The notes under the pieces: generated by a model
What the model saw: only the letters and a program-made list of their open reading frames with translations
The model's database searches: none
What the model was told of the DNA's origin: nothing
Part shown: positions 47,457 to 57,114 of the stretch, one piece after another
How positions within the stretch are numbered: position 1 is the first letter of the stretch
How the letters are laid out: every line of letters starts with the position of its first letter
Program-made: the position numbers and the translations under genes
Source of the DNA: Acetobacteraceae bacterium
GTDB lineage: Bacteria; Pseudomonadota; Alphaproteobacteria; Acetobacterales; Acetobacteraceae
NCBI GenBank assembly: GCA_965198895.1
Contig: OZ240676.1
Location: 474,400-538,399, forward strand
Direction: 5' to 3'
DNA: 64,000 nucleotides

Positions 47457-47681
47457 TCAGCTCGATTTGCTGTTCGTGTCGTTCTCGACGGGAGCCTTGA
47501 GCCGGCTCGAGTCGCGAGGGACCGCGCGCCGCTCGGGCATCCAGCCATTCGTTCGCAGCCATTCCACGATGATCTTGCGACCCATCGCGGAAAGTGCGCG
47601 CTCGTCGGCCTTCGAGGCCCGCTCGAGCGCATCGCGTTCGTCAGGTTCCAAACGAATTCCAAGGGCCGCGTCTTTTGCCAT
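47457..47681 (-). CDS. Small ribbon-helix-helix (Arc/CopG-like) DNA-binding protein
   Basis: ALGIRLEPDERDALERAS..DER.LS.M.R.IIVEWL pattern (beta strand + two helices). Confidence 0.65.
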   Translation of the reverse strand: MAKDAALGIRLEPDERDALERASKADERALSAMGRKIIVEWLRTNGWMPERRAVPRDSSRLKAPVENDTNSKSS

Positions 47682-47752
47682 GAATCCACCGTAAAGAAGA
47701 CCGCCTTCCAACGCAAAAGCATCGCGCGGCTTTATATGCAGAGAAGCTTGGT

Positions 47753-49336
47753 TCAAGCCCGCCGCACACCCCAGAACACCGGTAACCCCCGTAACGTTCC
47801 CGTTAACGAGCGCTGTTGGACGGTGGATTGGAAATATTGTCCCAGCGGGAGGAACGGCACATCCTGGAAAGCCTGCATCTGCAAGGCACGACCGGCTGTC
47901 TTTTGTGCGGTTTCATCTGGCGCCGCGAACCATTGGTCACGCAGTGCCTCCAATTTCGGGGCATCGGGCCAGCCGAACCAGCTATCGGCGCCATTGCCGC
48001 GCATCCCCTGCGACGTCGCCGGGCTGGCCATGTCGATCCCGGTAAACGTGGAGAAGAACACGCTCCAGCCCCCCTTGTCCGGCGCTGCCTTGCTGGCCCG
48101 GCGCTGGATGATGGTGCCCCAATCGGTGGTCTGCTGGTCGACGTTCATGCCGGCCTTTCGCAGCATGTCCGCCCCGACATTGCCGAGCGCCGCCAGGGTC
48201 GGGAAGTCCGATGCGACCATCACCACCACCGGCTCGCCCTTGTAGCCCGCAGCGGCGAGGTCGTCCTTCACCCGGTCCAGGTCCCGCGGGCCGGTCAGCG
48301 CCGCCATGCCGGCGTCGCTCGCCAACGGCGTGCCCGGCGGGAAATAGCCGAGATCGGTGCGATAGGCCGCGGTATCGTCGCCGGCGACCGCCTGCATGTA
48401 GTCCGACTGGTTCACCGCGCCCAGCAACGCACGGCGGATCGCGGGGTTATCGAACGGCGGGTGCAGCGTGTTCATGCGCAGGAAGCCGCAGTTACCCGTG
48501 GTTTCGATTACGAAGATCTGCAGCTTCGGGTCCTTCGCCAGCAGTGGCTTTTGGTCGAAGTCGAGCTTCTCCCACCAATCCATCTCACCGCTCTGCATTG
48601 CGGCGGTTGCCGTGCCCACGTCCGGGATCACGGTCCACTCGACGCGGTCGAAATGCACCTGCTTCGGCCCGGCGGTCCACTCGGGCGTGCCACTCCCCCG
48701 CGGCACGTAGCCATCGAATCGGGCGTAAGCCACGCGGGAGCCGGATACCCGCTCGTCCGCAAGGAAGCGGAACGGGCCGCTGCCGACCATCTCCGTCACC
48801 TGCTTGAACGGGTCGGTGAGCGCCAGCCGCTCCGGCATGATCGGGCACATATTCGGCCCAGCCTTGCCCAGGGCGTCCGGCAGCAGGGGAAACGGCGTGC
48901 GCAGGCGGAACTGGATCGTGGTGTCGGTGGGAGCGGACAATTCGTCGGTGACGGCGAGCAGGGATTGGCCGAACGAATCGCGCTTGCCCCAGCGATTGAT
49001 GCTCGCAACGCAGTCGCGCGCCAGCACGGGCGTGCCGTCGTGGAAGCGCAGCCCCGGGCGCAGGCCCAGCTTCCATGTCCGGTGATCGTCCTCCACCACG
49101 GCGCCCGCGACCATCTGTGGCTGGGCCTTGAACGCGCTGTCCTGCCCATACAGCGTGTCGAACACCATGAAGGCGTGATTGCGGGTCACGTAGGCGGACG
49201 TCCAGATTGGGTCGAGTACCGCCAGGTCCGCCTGCGGGATCAACTTCAGCGTGGTCTGCCCGGCGGCGCGTACGATGGCAGGGCGCGCAAGCATGGTAGC
49301 GGCGGTTGCGGTCAGGAAGCTGCGGCGGCTTTGCAA
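47753..49336 (-). CDS. ABC transporter substrate-binding protein, family 5 (peptide/nickel type), Tat leader
   Basis: TTG start after GAGGAG; SRRSFL, LDPIWT, FDTLYG, LRPGL.FHDG, GSGPFRF. Confidence 0.9.
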   Translation of the reverse strand: MQSRRSFLTATAATMLARPAIVRAAGQTTLKLIPQADLAVLDPIWTSAYVTRNHAFMVFDTLYGQDSAFKAQPQMVAGAVVEDDHRTWKLGLRPGLRFHDGTPVLARDCVASINRWGKRDSFGQSLLAVTDELSAPTDTTIQFRLRTPFPLLPDALGKAGPNMCPIMPERLALTDPFKQVTEMVGSGPFRFLADERVSGSRVAYARFDGYVPRGSGTPEWTAGPKQVHFDRVEWTVIPDVGTATAAMQSGEMDWWEKLDFDQKPLLAKDPKLQIFVIETTGNCGFLRMNTLHPPFDNPAIRRALLGAVNQSDYMQAVAGDDTAAYRTDLGYFPPGTPLASDAGMAALTGPRDLDRVKDDLAAAGYKGEPVVVMVASDFPTLAALGNVGADMLRKAGMNVDQQTTDWGTIIQRRASKAAPDKGGWSVFFSTFTGIDMASPATSQGMRGNGADSWFGWPDAPKLEALRDQWFAAPDETAQKTAGRALQMQAFQDVPFLPLGQYFQSTVQQRSLTGTLRGLPVFWGVRRA

Positions 49337-49371
49337 CAGTTCATCTCCTCAGATGATCGGAGCCTATTACA

Positions 49372-49426
49372 GTAGGGTGGGCTTTGGCCCACCAGCCGCT
49401 GCAGGGTGGGCCGAAGCTCACCCTAC
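49372..49426. repeat. GTAG-type REP doublet (REPIN)
   Basis: GTAGGGTGGGCTTTGGCCCACC ... GGTGGGCCGAAGCTCACCCTAC. Confidence 0.82.
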
Positions 49427-49435
49427 ATCATGCCG

Positions 49436-50872
49436 TTAGCTCAGCCGCTGCTTCAGCGCGTCGTTAATCAGCGCCGGATTACCCTTGCCCGCCATGGCCT
49501 TCATCACTTGGCCGACGAAGAAGCCGAACAGCTTGTCCTTGCCGGCGCGGTATTGCTCGACCTTGTCGCCATTCGCCGCGATCACCGCCTCGATGGCGGT
49601 ATCGATCGCACCGGTGTCGGTCACCTGGCGCAGGCCACGCGCCTCCACGATGGCGCCGGGGGCCTCGCCGGTTTCCACCATCACCTCGAACACATCCTTG
49701 GCAATGCGGCCGTTGATGGTGCCGTCGGCCATCAGGTCCAGCATCTCGCCCAACGCCTGCGCGCTCACCGGCGAGTCCTCGATGGTTCGGCCCGTGCGGT
49801 TCAGTGCGGCGAACAGATCGCCCATGACGTAGTTCGCCGCGGCCTTGGCGTCGCGCCCCTTGGCCACCGTCTCGAAGAATGCGGCCGTGGATTGTTCCGC
49901 GACCAGCACGCCCGCGTCATACGGCGACAGGCCGTATTCCGCAACGAAGCGCGCCCGCTTGGCATCCGGCAGTTCCGGCAATTGGCTGCGCAAATCCTCG
50001 ACCCACGCCTCATCCAGCACCAGCGGCAGCAGGTCGGGGTCGGGGAAATAGCGGTAGTCGTGCGCATCCTCCTTGGACCGCATCGAGCGCGTCTCACCGC
50101 GGACGTGGTCGTACAGCCGCGTTTCCTGCTCGACTTCGCCGCCCGATTCCCAAATCTCGATCTGCCGGTGCGCCTCCGCCTCCACCGCCTGCATCACGAA
50201 GCGGATGGAGTTCACGTTCTTCACCTCGCAGCGCGTGCGGAACGGCTCGCCGTGCTTGCGGACGGACACGTTCACGTCGGCGCGCATCGAGCCTTCGTCC
50301 ATGTTGCCGTCGCAGGTGCCGAGATAGCGTAGGATGGACCTAAGCTTGCGCAGATACGCGCCGGCCTCCTCCGGGGAGCGGATGTCGGGCTCGGACACGA
50401 TCTCCATCAGCGCCACCCCCGAGCGGTTGAGGTCGATGAACGAGCGCGACGGATCCTGGTCGTGCAGCGACTTGCCGGCGTCCTGCTCCAGATGCAGACG
50501 GGTGACGCCGATGCGGCGGGTGGTGCCATCGACCTCCACGTCCACGTGTCCAGCGCCGACGATCGGGTGATACAGCTGGCTGATCTGGTAGCCCTGCGGC
50601 AGGTCGGCATAGAAGTAGTTCTTGCGGTCGAACCGGCTCACCAGGTTGATCTGCGCGTCCAGCCCGAGCCCGGTGCGCACCGCCTGCGCCACGCACTCGC
50701 CGTTGATCACCGGCAGCATGCCCGGGAACCCGGCATCGACGAAGCTCACCTGGCTATTGGGCTCGGCGCCGAACTCGGTGGACGCGCCGGAGAACAACTT
50801 GGCGTTGCTGGTGACTTGCGCGTGGACTTCCAGCCCGCAGACGATCTCGTACTCGCCGATCGTGTAGCTCAT
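49436..50872 (-). CDS. gatB: Asp-tRNA(Asn)/Glu-tRNA(Gln) amidotransferase subunit B
   Basis: [44 protein letters not shown]. Confidence 0.98.
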   Translation of the reverse strand: MSYTIGEYEIVCGLEVHAQVTSNAKLFSGASTEFGAEPNSQVSFVDAGFPGMLPVINGECVAQAVRTGLGLDAQINLVSRFDRKNYFYADLPQGYQISQLYHPIVGAGHVDVEVDGTTRRIGVTRLHLEQDAGKSLHDQDPSRSFIDLNRSGVALMEIVSEPDIRSPEEAGAYLRKLRSILRYLGTCDGNMDEGSMRADVNVSVRKHGEPFRTRCEVKNVNSIRFVMQAVEAEAHRQIEIWESGGEVEQETRLYDHVRGETRSMRSKEDAHDYRYFPDPDLLPLVLDEAWVEDLRSQLPELPDAKRARFVAEYGLSPYDAGVLVAEQSTAAFFETVAKGRDAKAAANYVMGDLFAALNRTGRTIEDSPVSAQALGEMLDLMADGTINGRIAKDVFEVMVETGEAPGAIVEARGLRQVTDTGAIDTAIEAVIAANGDKVEQYRAGKDKLFGFFVGQVMKAMAGKGNPALINDALKQRLS

Positions 50873-51357
50873 GGCATCCGGCCGTCCTGTGCCGCCTTGA
50901 ACACCGCCGCCTGCTGTTCCTTCAGGAACGCCGCCGGGTCCTCCACCACGTAGTTCAGCGTGGCGGCGCATTTGCAGAAACCCTCGAGCGTTGCCGGGTC
51001 CATGCCGCCATCGGCGACGTGGCTCTGGCTGACCACGATGGAGGAGATCATCGGCAGGCCCTTGCGATGGCCGTATTCGCACACGGCCAGCAGGTGCTTC
51101 GGCATGCTGACGTTCAGGTTGCTCGGCTTCACACCGCTTTGCACCGCGATCGTCTTGTAGCTGATGAACACGCCCTCCCGCGCCGCGGCCACGATCATCG
51201 CGAGCGTCCCGTCCAGCGTCAGCCCGGCGGTCGTGCGCTTGCCAAGTTCCGCCAGCGCCGCCTTGAACGATGGCGCGCCCGTCTTGCCCGCGACCTCGTG
51301 GTTGCGCAGGATCGTCTTGAGTGCGTCGGTCGACTTGCCGGCCAGATCAACAGCCAT
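50869..51357 (-). CDS. Hypothetical protein inserted between gatA and gatB
   Basis: 162 aa ORF, ATGA-coupled to gatB; ISYK.IA...HL..VCEY....[10 protein letters not shown]....G....GF pattern. Confidence 0.75.
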   Translation of the reverse strand: MAVDLAGKSTDALKTILRNHEVAGKTGAPSFKAALAELGKRTTAGLTLDGTLAMIVAAAREGVFISYKTIAVQSGVKPSNLNVSMPKHLLAVCEYGHRKGLPMISSIVVSQSHVADGGMDPATLEGFCKCAATLNYVVEDPAAFLKEQQAAVFKAAQDGRMP

Positions 51358-51361
51358 GTTC

Positions 51362-52831
51362 TTAATTCCCTACTCTCAGCCGCGGACGGGCTTTGAACCC
51401 GGCGGCATGTTCAATCACGGCACCGACCGCGAAGACAGTTTCCTCATCGAACGGGCGGCCCATCACCTGCAGGCCGAGCGGTAGCCCGGCGCTGTCCAGC
51501 CCGGCGGGCACCGACATGGCCGGAATGCCCGCCAGGTCGCCGGGCACGGTGAAGACGTCGTTCAGATACATCGTCACCGGGTCGGCCGTCTTGTCGCCCT
51601 GCGGAAAGGCGGCGTTGGGCGTCGTCGGTGTCAGCAGCGCATCCACGTGCCGGTAGGCCTCGTGGAAGTCCCGCAGGATCAAGGCGCGAATCTTCTGCGC
51701 CCGTGTGTAATACGCGTCGTAATACCCGGCGGACAGCACATAGGTGCCAATGAGGATGCGCCTACGCACTTCCTCGCCGAACCCTTCGGCACGGGTCCGC
51801 TCGTAAAGGTCGGCCAGGTCCTCCCCGTCGACGCGATGCCCGAACCGCACGCCATCGTAGCGCGCCAGGTTGGACGAGGCTTCGGCCGGCGCGATTATGT
51901 AGTAGGCGGCCAGGCCATATTTCGTGTGCGGCAACGACACATCGACGGTCTGCGCCCCCGCCTCGCGCAGCCACGCCAGGCCCTGGTCCCACAACGCCGC
52001 GATCTCGGGCGACATGCCGTCCTGCCGGTATTCGCGCGGCACGCCGATGCGCAGCCCCTTCAAGCCCCGCGCACAGGCGGCGGCGAAATCGGGCACCGGG
52101 CGGTCGGCGGAGGTGCTGTCCTTCGGGTCGAACCCGGCCATCGAGGCCAGCAGGGTCGCTGCATCGCTCACCGACCGCGCGAACGGGCCCGGATGGTCGA
52201 GCGAGGAGGCGAACGCCACGACTCCCCACCGGCTGCAGCGCCCGTAGGTCGGCTTCATGCCCACAATTCCGCACAGCGACGCCGGCTGGCGGATCGAGCC
52301 GCCGGTATCGGTGCCGGTCGCCCCCATCGCCAGGCCAGCCGCAACCGCCGCGGCCGACCCGCCGGAGGAGCCGCCGGGCACGAGCACGGTGCCCTCCGGC
52401 GACCAGGGGTTGGTCACCGGGCCGAACGCGCTGGTCTCGTTGGAGGAGCCCATGGCGAACTCGTCCAGGTTGGTCTTGCCCAGGAACACCGCGCCGTCGC
52501 GGAGCAGGTTGGCGGTGACGGTGCTCTCGTATGGCGGCACGAACGGCTCGAGGATGCGGCTGCCGGCCGTGGTGCGCACGCCAGCGGTGCAGAACAGGTC
52601 CTTGATGCCGAGCGGAATGCCGGTCAGCGGGCCAGTTTCCCCGCGGGCCAAGGCCGCGTCGGCGGCGTCCGCTTGGGTCAGCGCCGCTTCGGGCGTGGGC
52701 GTGATGAAGGCGTTGAGGGCGGCGAGTTGCTCCATGCCCTGTATGTGGGCCTGGGTCAGTTCACGGGCGGTGAATTGTTTCGCCCTCAGGCCCTCGGTGG
52801 CGGCGGTGATGCCGAGTTCGGTCAGACTCAT
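51362..52831 (-). CDS. gatA: Glutamyl-tRNA(Gln) amidotransferase subunit A
   Basis: [47 protein letters not shown]. Confidence 0.98.
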   Translation of the reverse strand: MSLTELGITAATEGLRAKQFTARELTQAHIQGMEQLAALNAFITPTPEAALTQADAADAALARGETGPLTGIPLGIKDLFCTAGVRTTAGSRILEPFVPPYESTVTANLLRDGAVFLGKTNLDEFAMGSSNETSAFGPVTNPWSPEGTVLVPGGSSGGSAAAVAAGLAMGATGTDTGGSIRQPASLCGIVGMKPTYGRCSRWGVVAFASSLDHPGPFARSVSDAATLLASMAGFDPKDSTSADRPVPDFAAACARGLKGLRIGVPREYRQDGMSPEIAALWDQGLAWLREAGAQTVDVSLPHTKYGLAAYYIIAPAEASSNLARYDGVRFGHRVDGEDLADLYERTRAEGFGEEVRRRILIGTYVLSAGYYDAYYTRAQKIRALILRDFHEAYRHVDALLTPTTPNAAFPQGDKTADPVTMYLNDVFTVPGDLAGIPAMSVPAGLDSAGLPLGLQVMGRPFDEETVFAVGAVIEHAAGFKARPRLRVGN

Positions 52832-52880
52832 GGCAAAAAGCCCTCTCCCCTCGAGGGCAAAGCAATCGCACTTGCCTTCT

Positions 52881-52996
52881 CCCTCTCCCGTCCTTCACGG
52901 GAGAGGGTCGGGGTGAGGCCCACTTCGATACCAAAAAGCGAGGGTGAGGCGGCCGGCGCAGCCTCACCCCGGCCCTCTCCCGCCCGCGGGAGAGGG
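52881..52996. repeat. CCCTCTCCC..GGGAGAGGG intergenic palindromic repeat, complete two-armed copy
   Basis: Arms CCCTCTCCC-N9-GGGAGAGGGTCGGGGTGAGG and CCTCACCCCGGCCCTCTCCC-N6-GGGAGAGGG, inverted, between gatC and gatA. Confidence 0.8.
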
Positions 52997-53009
52997 GGAA
53001 CGAAGCGGC

Positions 53010-53297
53010 TCATTCGACCACCTTCGGGACGGTGAAGAACGCGCCGACGCGGTCCGGGGCGTTGGCCAGCACCTGTTCGGCGATCCCGCCGTCGGTCACG
53101 CGGTCCTCGCGCAGGCGCAGCGCCATGTCGGCGGCGCCGGTCAGGGGAGCCACGCCCTCCACATCCACCTCGTTCAGCTGCTCGATCCAGCCCAGGATGC
53201 CGTTCAACTGCGCCTGTAGCGGGGCAACCTGCTCCTCCGTCACCCGGATACGGGCGAGTTTGGCGATGCGGCGGACGGTCGCGGGATCAAGCGACAT
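53010..53297 (-). CDS. gatC: Amidotransferase subunit C
   Basis: VRRIAKLARI, L..ILGWIEQL.EVDV.GV.P, LREDRV, FFTVPKVVE. Confidence 0.96.
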   Translation of the reverse strand: MSLDPATVRRIAKLARIRVTEEQVAPLQAQLNGILGWIEQLNEVDVEGVAPLTGAADMALRLREDRVTDGGIAEQVLANAPDRVGAFFTVPKVVE

Positions 53298-53371
53298 TCA
53301 TACTCCTTCACAGGCAGGACCGAGGGCGATCCGCTTGGCTGGCTGGGGAGTTGCGATCATAACGGCTCCGC

Positions 53372-53845
53372 ATGCCCCTATTCAACCTGACCGATCTCCA
53401 CGCGCGGCTATCCCGCAACCAGCGGCTCCTCGGGCTCGACCCCGGCACGCGCACGATCGGCCTCGCCCTGAGCGACGTGCGCCGCGTTTTGGCCAGCCCG
53501 TTCGGCTCCATCCGCCGCGGCAAGCTGGCCGAAGCCGTGGACGCGATCCACGCCATCGCCAAACGCGAGGACGTGGGCGGGCTGGTCGTCGGCCTGCCGC
53601 TGCAGATGGATGGGACGCTCGGCCCGGCCGCCCAGGCTGCGCGGGACTGGACCTTCGCCCTGACCGACGCCACGGGGCTGCCGGCCGCCATGTGGGATGA
53701 GCGGCTGAGCTCGGCGGAGGCCAACCGCGCGCTGACCGCCCAAGGCGCCAACAATGCCCGCCGGGCCGCGACCGTGGACCGGATGGCGGCGGCGGTAATC
53801 CTGCAGGCGGCGTTGGATTCGCTGCGGACCATGCCGGAGGATTGA
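53372..53845 (+). CDS. ruvX: YqgF/RuvX pre-16S rRNA nuclease
   Basis: LLGLDPGTRTIGLALSD, VVGLP..MDG, WDERLSS, D..AA..ILQ. Confidence 0.93.
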   Translation: MPLFNLTDLHARLSRNQRLLGLDPGTRTIGLALSDVRRVLASPFGSIRRGKLAEAVDAIHAIAKREDVGGLVVGLPLQMDGTLGPAAQAARDWTFALTDATGLPAAMWDERLSSAEANRALTAQGANNARRAATVDRMAAAVILQAALDSLRTMPED

Positions 53846-53924
53846 CCCGGCGCGTCCGGACCTCTACATCGTAACAATTGTTAAAATCAGTCGCATCCGG
53901 CGCGTGTTTTGAAAAGGCTGGCCC

Positions 53925-54653
53925 GTGGCGCTTGCAGCGACCCTGACCCCTTTGCGCGAGCGCCTCCGCTCGTTCGCGTTCATGTCCCCGCGGGACATCG
54001 GGCTGTTTTTGCGCAGCGCTCGCACCGATTACACGATCGCCAAAACCCGCGCGTCGGACGGCGACAGGGCGGCCTTCGACGCTGCCTATGACGGTGGCGA
54101 TCCCTGGGCGTCGGGGGACAGCCGCTATCTGTATCAGCGGCGGAAATACGAGGTGCTGGCGGCTTTGCTGCCAGTAGGCCGCCAGTTCGGCGAGGTGCTG
54201 GATCTCGGTACCGGGCTCGGTTTGCTCGCCGAGCGGGTCGCGGGCCGGTCGGCGGCGGTGTTGGGGCTGGATATTTCGCAGAGTGCGGTCGCGGATGCGC
54301 GGATCCGCCACGCCGGTATCACCAACCTGCAATTCGAGCAGGGTGATGTGCGGGATTTGCCGGCGACGATGAACGGGCGGTTCGACCTCGTGATGATCGC
54401 CGACACGCTCTATTATCTGCAGCGGCCGATCACCGATGCGGTGCTGAAGGCGATGGCGCTGCGGATCGCGACCCTGCTGGCACCCGGCGGGTTGTGCTTG
54501 CTGGCGAACCACTATTTTTTCTCCTCCGCCGGAACAGATAGCCGCTTGTCCCGCCGCATCCACGACGCGTTTGCCTGGTCACCTGGTTTCCAGGTCACGT
54601 CGGAACACCGGCGCCCGTTCTATCTCGTCTCCCTGTTGGGAAAGTCCGCCTAG
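53925..54653 (+). CDS. Class I SAM-dependent methyltransferase (NodS-like)
   Basis: DPW...Y.RRKY, VLDLGTGLG, GLDISQSAV, ADTLYYL. Confidence 0.82.
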   Translation: MALAATLTPLRERLRSFAFMSPRDIGLFLRSARTDYTIAKTRASDGDRAAFDAAYDGGDPWASGDSRYLYQRRKYEVLAALLPVGRQFGEVLDLGTGLGLLAERVAGRSAAVLGLDISQSAVADARIRHAGITNLQFEQGDVRDLPATMNGRFDLVMIADTLYYLQRPITDAVLKAMALRIATLLAPGGLCLLANHYFFSSAGTDSRLSRRIHDAFAWSPGFQVTSEHRRPFYLVSLLGKSA

Positions 54654-54704
54654 CGTCAAAACCGCCCGCCACGCTAAGCCTGCGCGAAGCAGGGGGATCG
54701 AGGC

Positions 54705-55472
54705 ATGGCGCTGTGGGTAAGGTATGAGGGCGGTTTCGGCGTCCTGGCGGGCGACCAGGTGCAGCCTCATCGCGGCGACATGTTTGCGGCGGCCAAGCCG
54801 GATGGCGCGGCGGTTCCGCTCGCCAGCGTCGCGTTGTTGCCGCCGGTCACACCCGGCAAGTTCATCGGCCTGTGGAACAACTTCCACGCGTTGGCGGCCA
54901 AGCTCGGCCAGGCGATCCCCGAGACGCCACTGTATTTCCTCAAGGCGACCAGTGCCCTGCTCGCACCCGGCGGCACCATCCGGCCCCCGGCGGGCTACAC
55001 CGGCAAGACGGTGTACGAGGGCGAGTTGGGCATCGTCATCGGGCACGAATGCTGCCGCGTCAGCCAGGCCGAGGCGGAGGCCGCCATCTTCGGCTACACC
55101 TGCGTGAACGACGTCACCGCGCTCGATCTGCTGCAGGCCGATCCGTCGTTCCCGCAATGGGCGCGCGCCAAGGGCTGCGACACGTTCGGCCCAGTCGGGC
55201 CCGCCATCGCCACCGGGCTCGACCCGGCGGCGCTCACCGTGCGCACTCTGCTGAACGGACGGGAGCGGCAGGGCTATCCGGTCGCCGACATGATCCTGCC
55301 GCCCCGCCGCATCGTCAGCCTGCTATCGCAGGAGATGACGCTGCACCCAGGCGACCTGATCGCCTGCGGCACGTCCATCGGCGTGCTGCCGATGCGGCCG
55401 GGCATGGAGGTCAGCGTCGTCATCGAGGGCATCGGCGCGCTGACCAACCGGTTCGAGGCCGCCGACGTTTAA
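54705..55472 (+). CDS. Fumarylacetoacetate hydrolase family protein
   Basis: GKFIGLWNNF, YEGELGIVIG, GYTCVNDVTA, AKG.DTFGP.GP, PGDLIACGT. Confidence 0.92.
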   Translation: MALWVRYEGGFGVLAGDQVQPHRGDMFAAAKPDGAAVPLASVALLPPVTPGKFIGLWNNFHALAAKLGQAIPETPLYFLKATSALLAPGGTIRPPAGYTGKTVYEGELGIVIGHECCRVSQAEAEAAIFGYTCVNDVTALDLLQADPSFPQWARAKGCDTFGPVGPAIATGLDPAALTVRTLLNGRERQGYPVADMILPPRRIVSLLSQEMTLHPGDLIACGTSIGVLPMRPGMEVSVVIEGIGALTNRFEAADV

Positions 55473-55487
55473 CGATCCACGCCCAAT

Positions 55488-55539
55488 GGTCTGATTCCCG
55501 GCTCTGATTCTGGGCTCTGATTCTGGGCTCTGGTTCTGG
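55488..55539. repeat. 13-bp tandem repeat, 4 copies (VNTR)
   Basis: GGTCTGATTCCCG / GCTCTGATTCTGG x2 / GCTCTGGTTCTGG. Confidence 0.85.
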
Positions 55540-55590
55540 CGCGGGCGGTCAATTACACCATTCCATCCGGATCAAGGGTGAGATGCCAGA

Positions 55591-57114
55591 ATGAATGCCA
55601 CCGTTTGGGATATCGTCTCCTCCGTCACCAGTGCACGGGCGATCGGCGCGCCGGGCCGGCCCTGGATGGATGGCGCCGGGCTGCGCGCCCTGGCACAGAG
55701 TGTACGAGAAACCTTGGCGTTGGCGGGGATCGGACGGGGCGACCGGGTCGCCATCGTGCTGCCGAACGGGCCGGAGATGGCCACCGCCTTCCTCACCATC
55801 GCCGCCAGTTGCTGCGCCGCTCCGCTCAACCCCGCCTACAAGGCCGACGAGTTCGAGTTCTACCTGCAGGACCTGCAGCCCGCCGCCATCCTGCTCACCG
55901 CCGACGAGACCGGCCCGGCGAAGGACGTGGCGGACCGGCTGCAGATCCCCGTGTTAGTACTGCAGGCCGAAGGTCCGGCGGGTGGTTTCACCCTGGACGC
56001 GTCCGCCCTGCCCTCCGGCGGCGGCGCGGCGCAAGCGTCCCGCCCGGAGGACCCGGCCTTGGTGCTGCACACGTCCGGCACGACGGCGCGGCCCAAGATC
56101 GTGCCGCTGACCAATGCGAACCTTGCAGCTTCGGCCCGCCATATCGCGACCGCGTTGGGTCTGAGCCCGGCGGACACCTGCCTGAACGTGATGCCGCTGT
56201 TCCACATCCACGGCCTGATCGCCGCCGTAACGGCCTCGTTGTCGGCGGGGGCGGCGGTGTGCTGCACCCCGGGCTTCAACGCGTTCAAGTTCGGCGAGTG
56301 GCTCGCCGATGTGCGGCCCACCTGGTACACGGCCGTGCCCACCATGCACCAGGCGATCCTGATGCGGATGCGCGCCCATACCGAGCAGGCGCGTGCGGCG
56401 CAGTTGCGGTTCATCCGCTCGTCCTCCGCCTCGCTGCCGCCGCAGGTGATGGCGGAGCTGGAGGCGGTGTTCGGCGCCCCCGTGATCGAGTCCTACGGCA
56501 TGACGGAGGCGACGCATCAGATGGCGTCCAATCCGTTGCCCCCACGCGCCCGCAAACCGGGATCGGTCGGCGTGCAGGCCGGGCCGGAGGTCGCGATCAT
56601 GGACGATGACGGGCGCCTGCTGGCCCAGGGCGACATCGGCGAGGTGGTCATCCGCGGCCCGAACGTCACGGCAGGCTACGACAACAACCCGTCGGCCAAC
56701 GTGAAAGCCTACACCGACGGCTGGTTTCGCACCGGCGACCAGGGGCGGCTGGACGAGGAAGGCTACCTGTTCCTCACGGGGCGTCTGAAGGAACAGATCA
56801 ACCGCGGCGGGGAAAAAATCAGCCCGCTGGAGGTGGATGTCGTGCTGCTCGACCATCCCGGCGTTGCGCAGGCCTGCACCTTCGGCATCCCGCACGACAA
56901 ACTGGGCGAGGAGGTCGGCGTCGTCATCGTGCCCCGCCCCGGCCAGAGCGTGACCGAGGCCGAGATCCGCGAGTTCGCCGCCACACGGCTGGCCGCATTC
57001 AAAGTGCCCCGGCGGGTGCTGGTGATGGACGACATCCCGAAAGGCGCCACCGGCAAGGTGCAGCGCATCGGCCTGGCCGCGAAGCTGGGCCTGGCGCCGG
57101 AGACCGCCGGCTGA
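55591..57114 (+). CDS. Acyl-CoA synthetase, oxalate--CoA ligase-like
   Basis: LHTSGTTARPK, MPLFHIHGL, YGMTEATHQ, GWFRTGDQG, INRGGEKISP. Confidence 0.88.
   Translation: MNATVWDIVSSVTSARAIGAPGRPWMDGAGLRALAQSVRETLALAGIGRGDRVAIVLPNGPEMATAFLTIAASCCAAPLNPAYKADEFEFYLQDLQPAAILLTADETGPAKDVADRLQIPVLVLQAEGPAGGFTLDASALPSGGGAAQASRPEDPALVLHTSGTTARPKIVPLTNANLAASARHIATALGLSPADTCLNVMPLFHIHGLIAAVTASLSAGAAVCCTPGFNAFKFGEWLADVRPTWYTAVPTMHQAILMRMRAHTEQARAAQLRFIRSSSASLPPQVMAELEAVFGAPVIESYGMTEATHQMASNPLPPRARKPGSVGVQAGPEVAIMDDDGRLLAQGDIGEVVIRGPNVTAGYDNNPSANVKAYTDGWFRTGDQGRLDEEGYLFLTGRLKEQINRGGEKISPLEVDVVLLDHPGVAQACTFGIPHDKLGEEVGVVIVPRPGQSVTEAEIREFAATRLAAFKVPRRVLVMDDIPKGATGKVQRIGLAAKLGLAPETAG

Noticed and set aside
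55488-55539. CRISPR array
   Set aside because: 13-bp head-to-tail repeats without spacers; no cas genes or repeat-spacer arrays anywhere in the window
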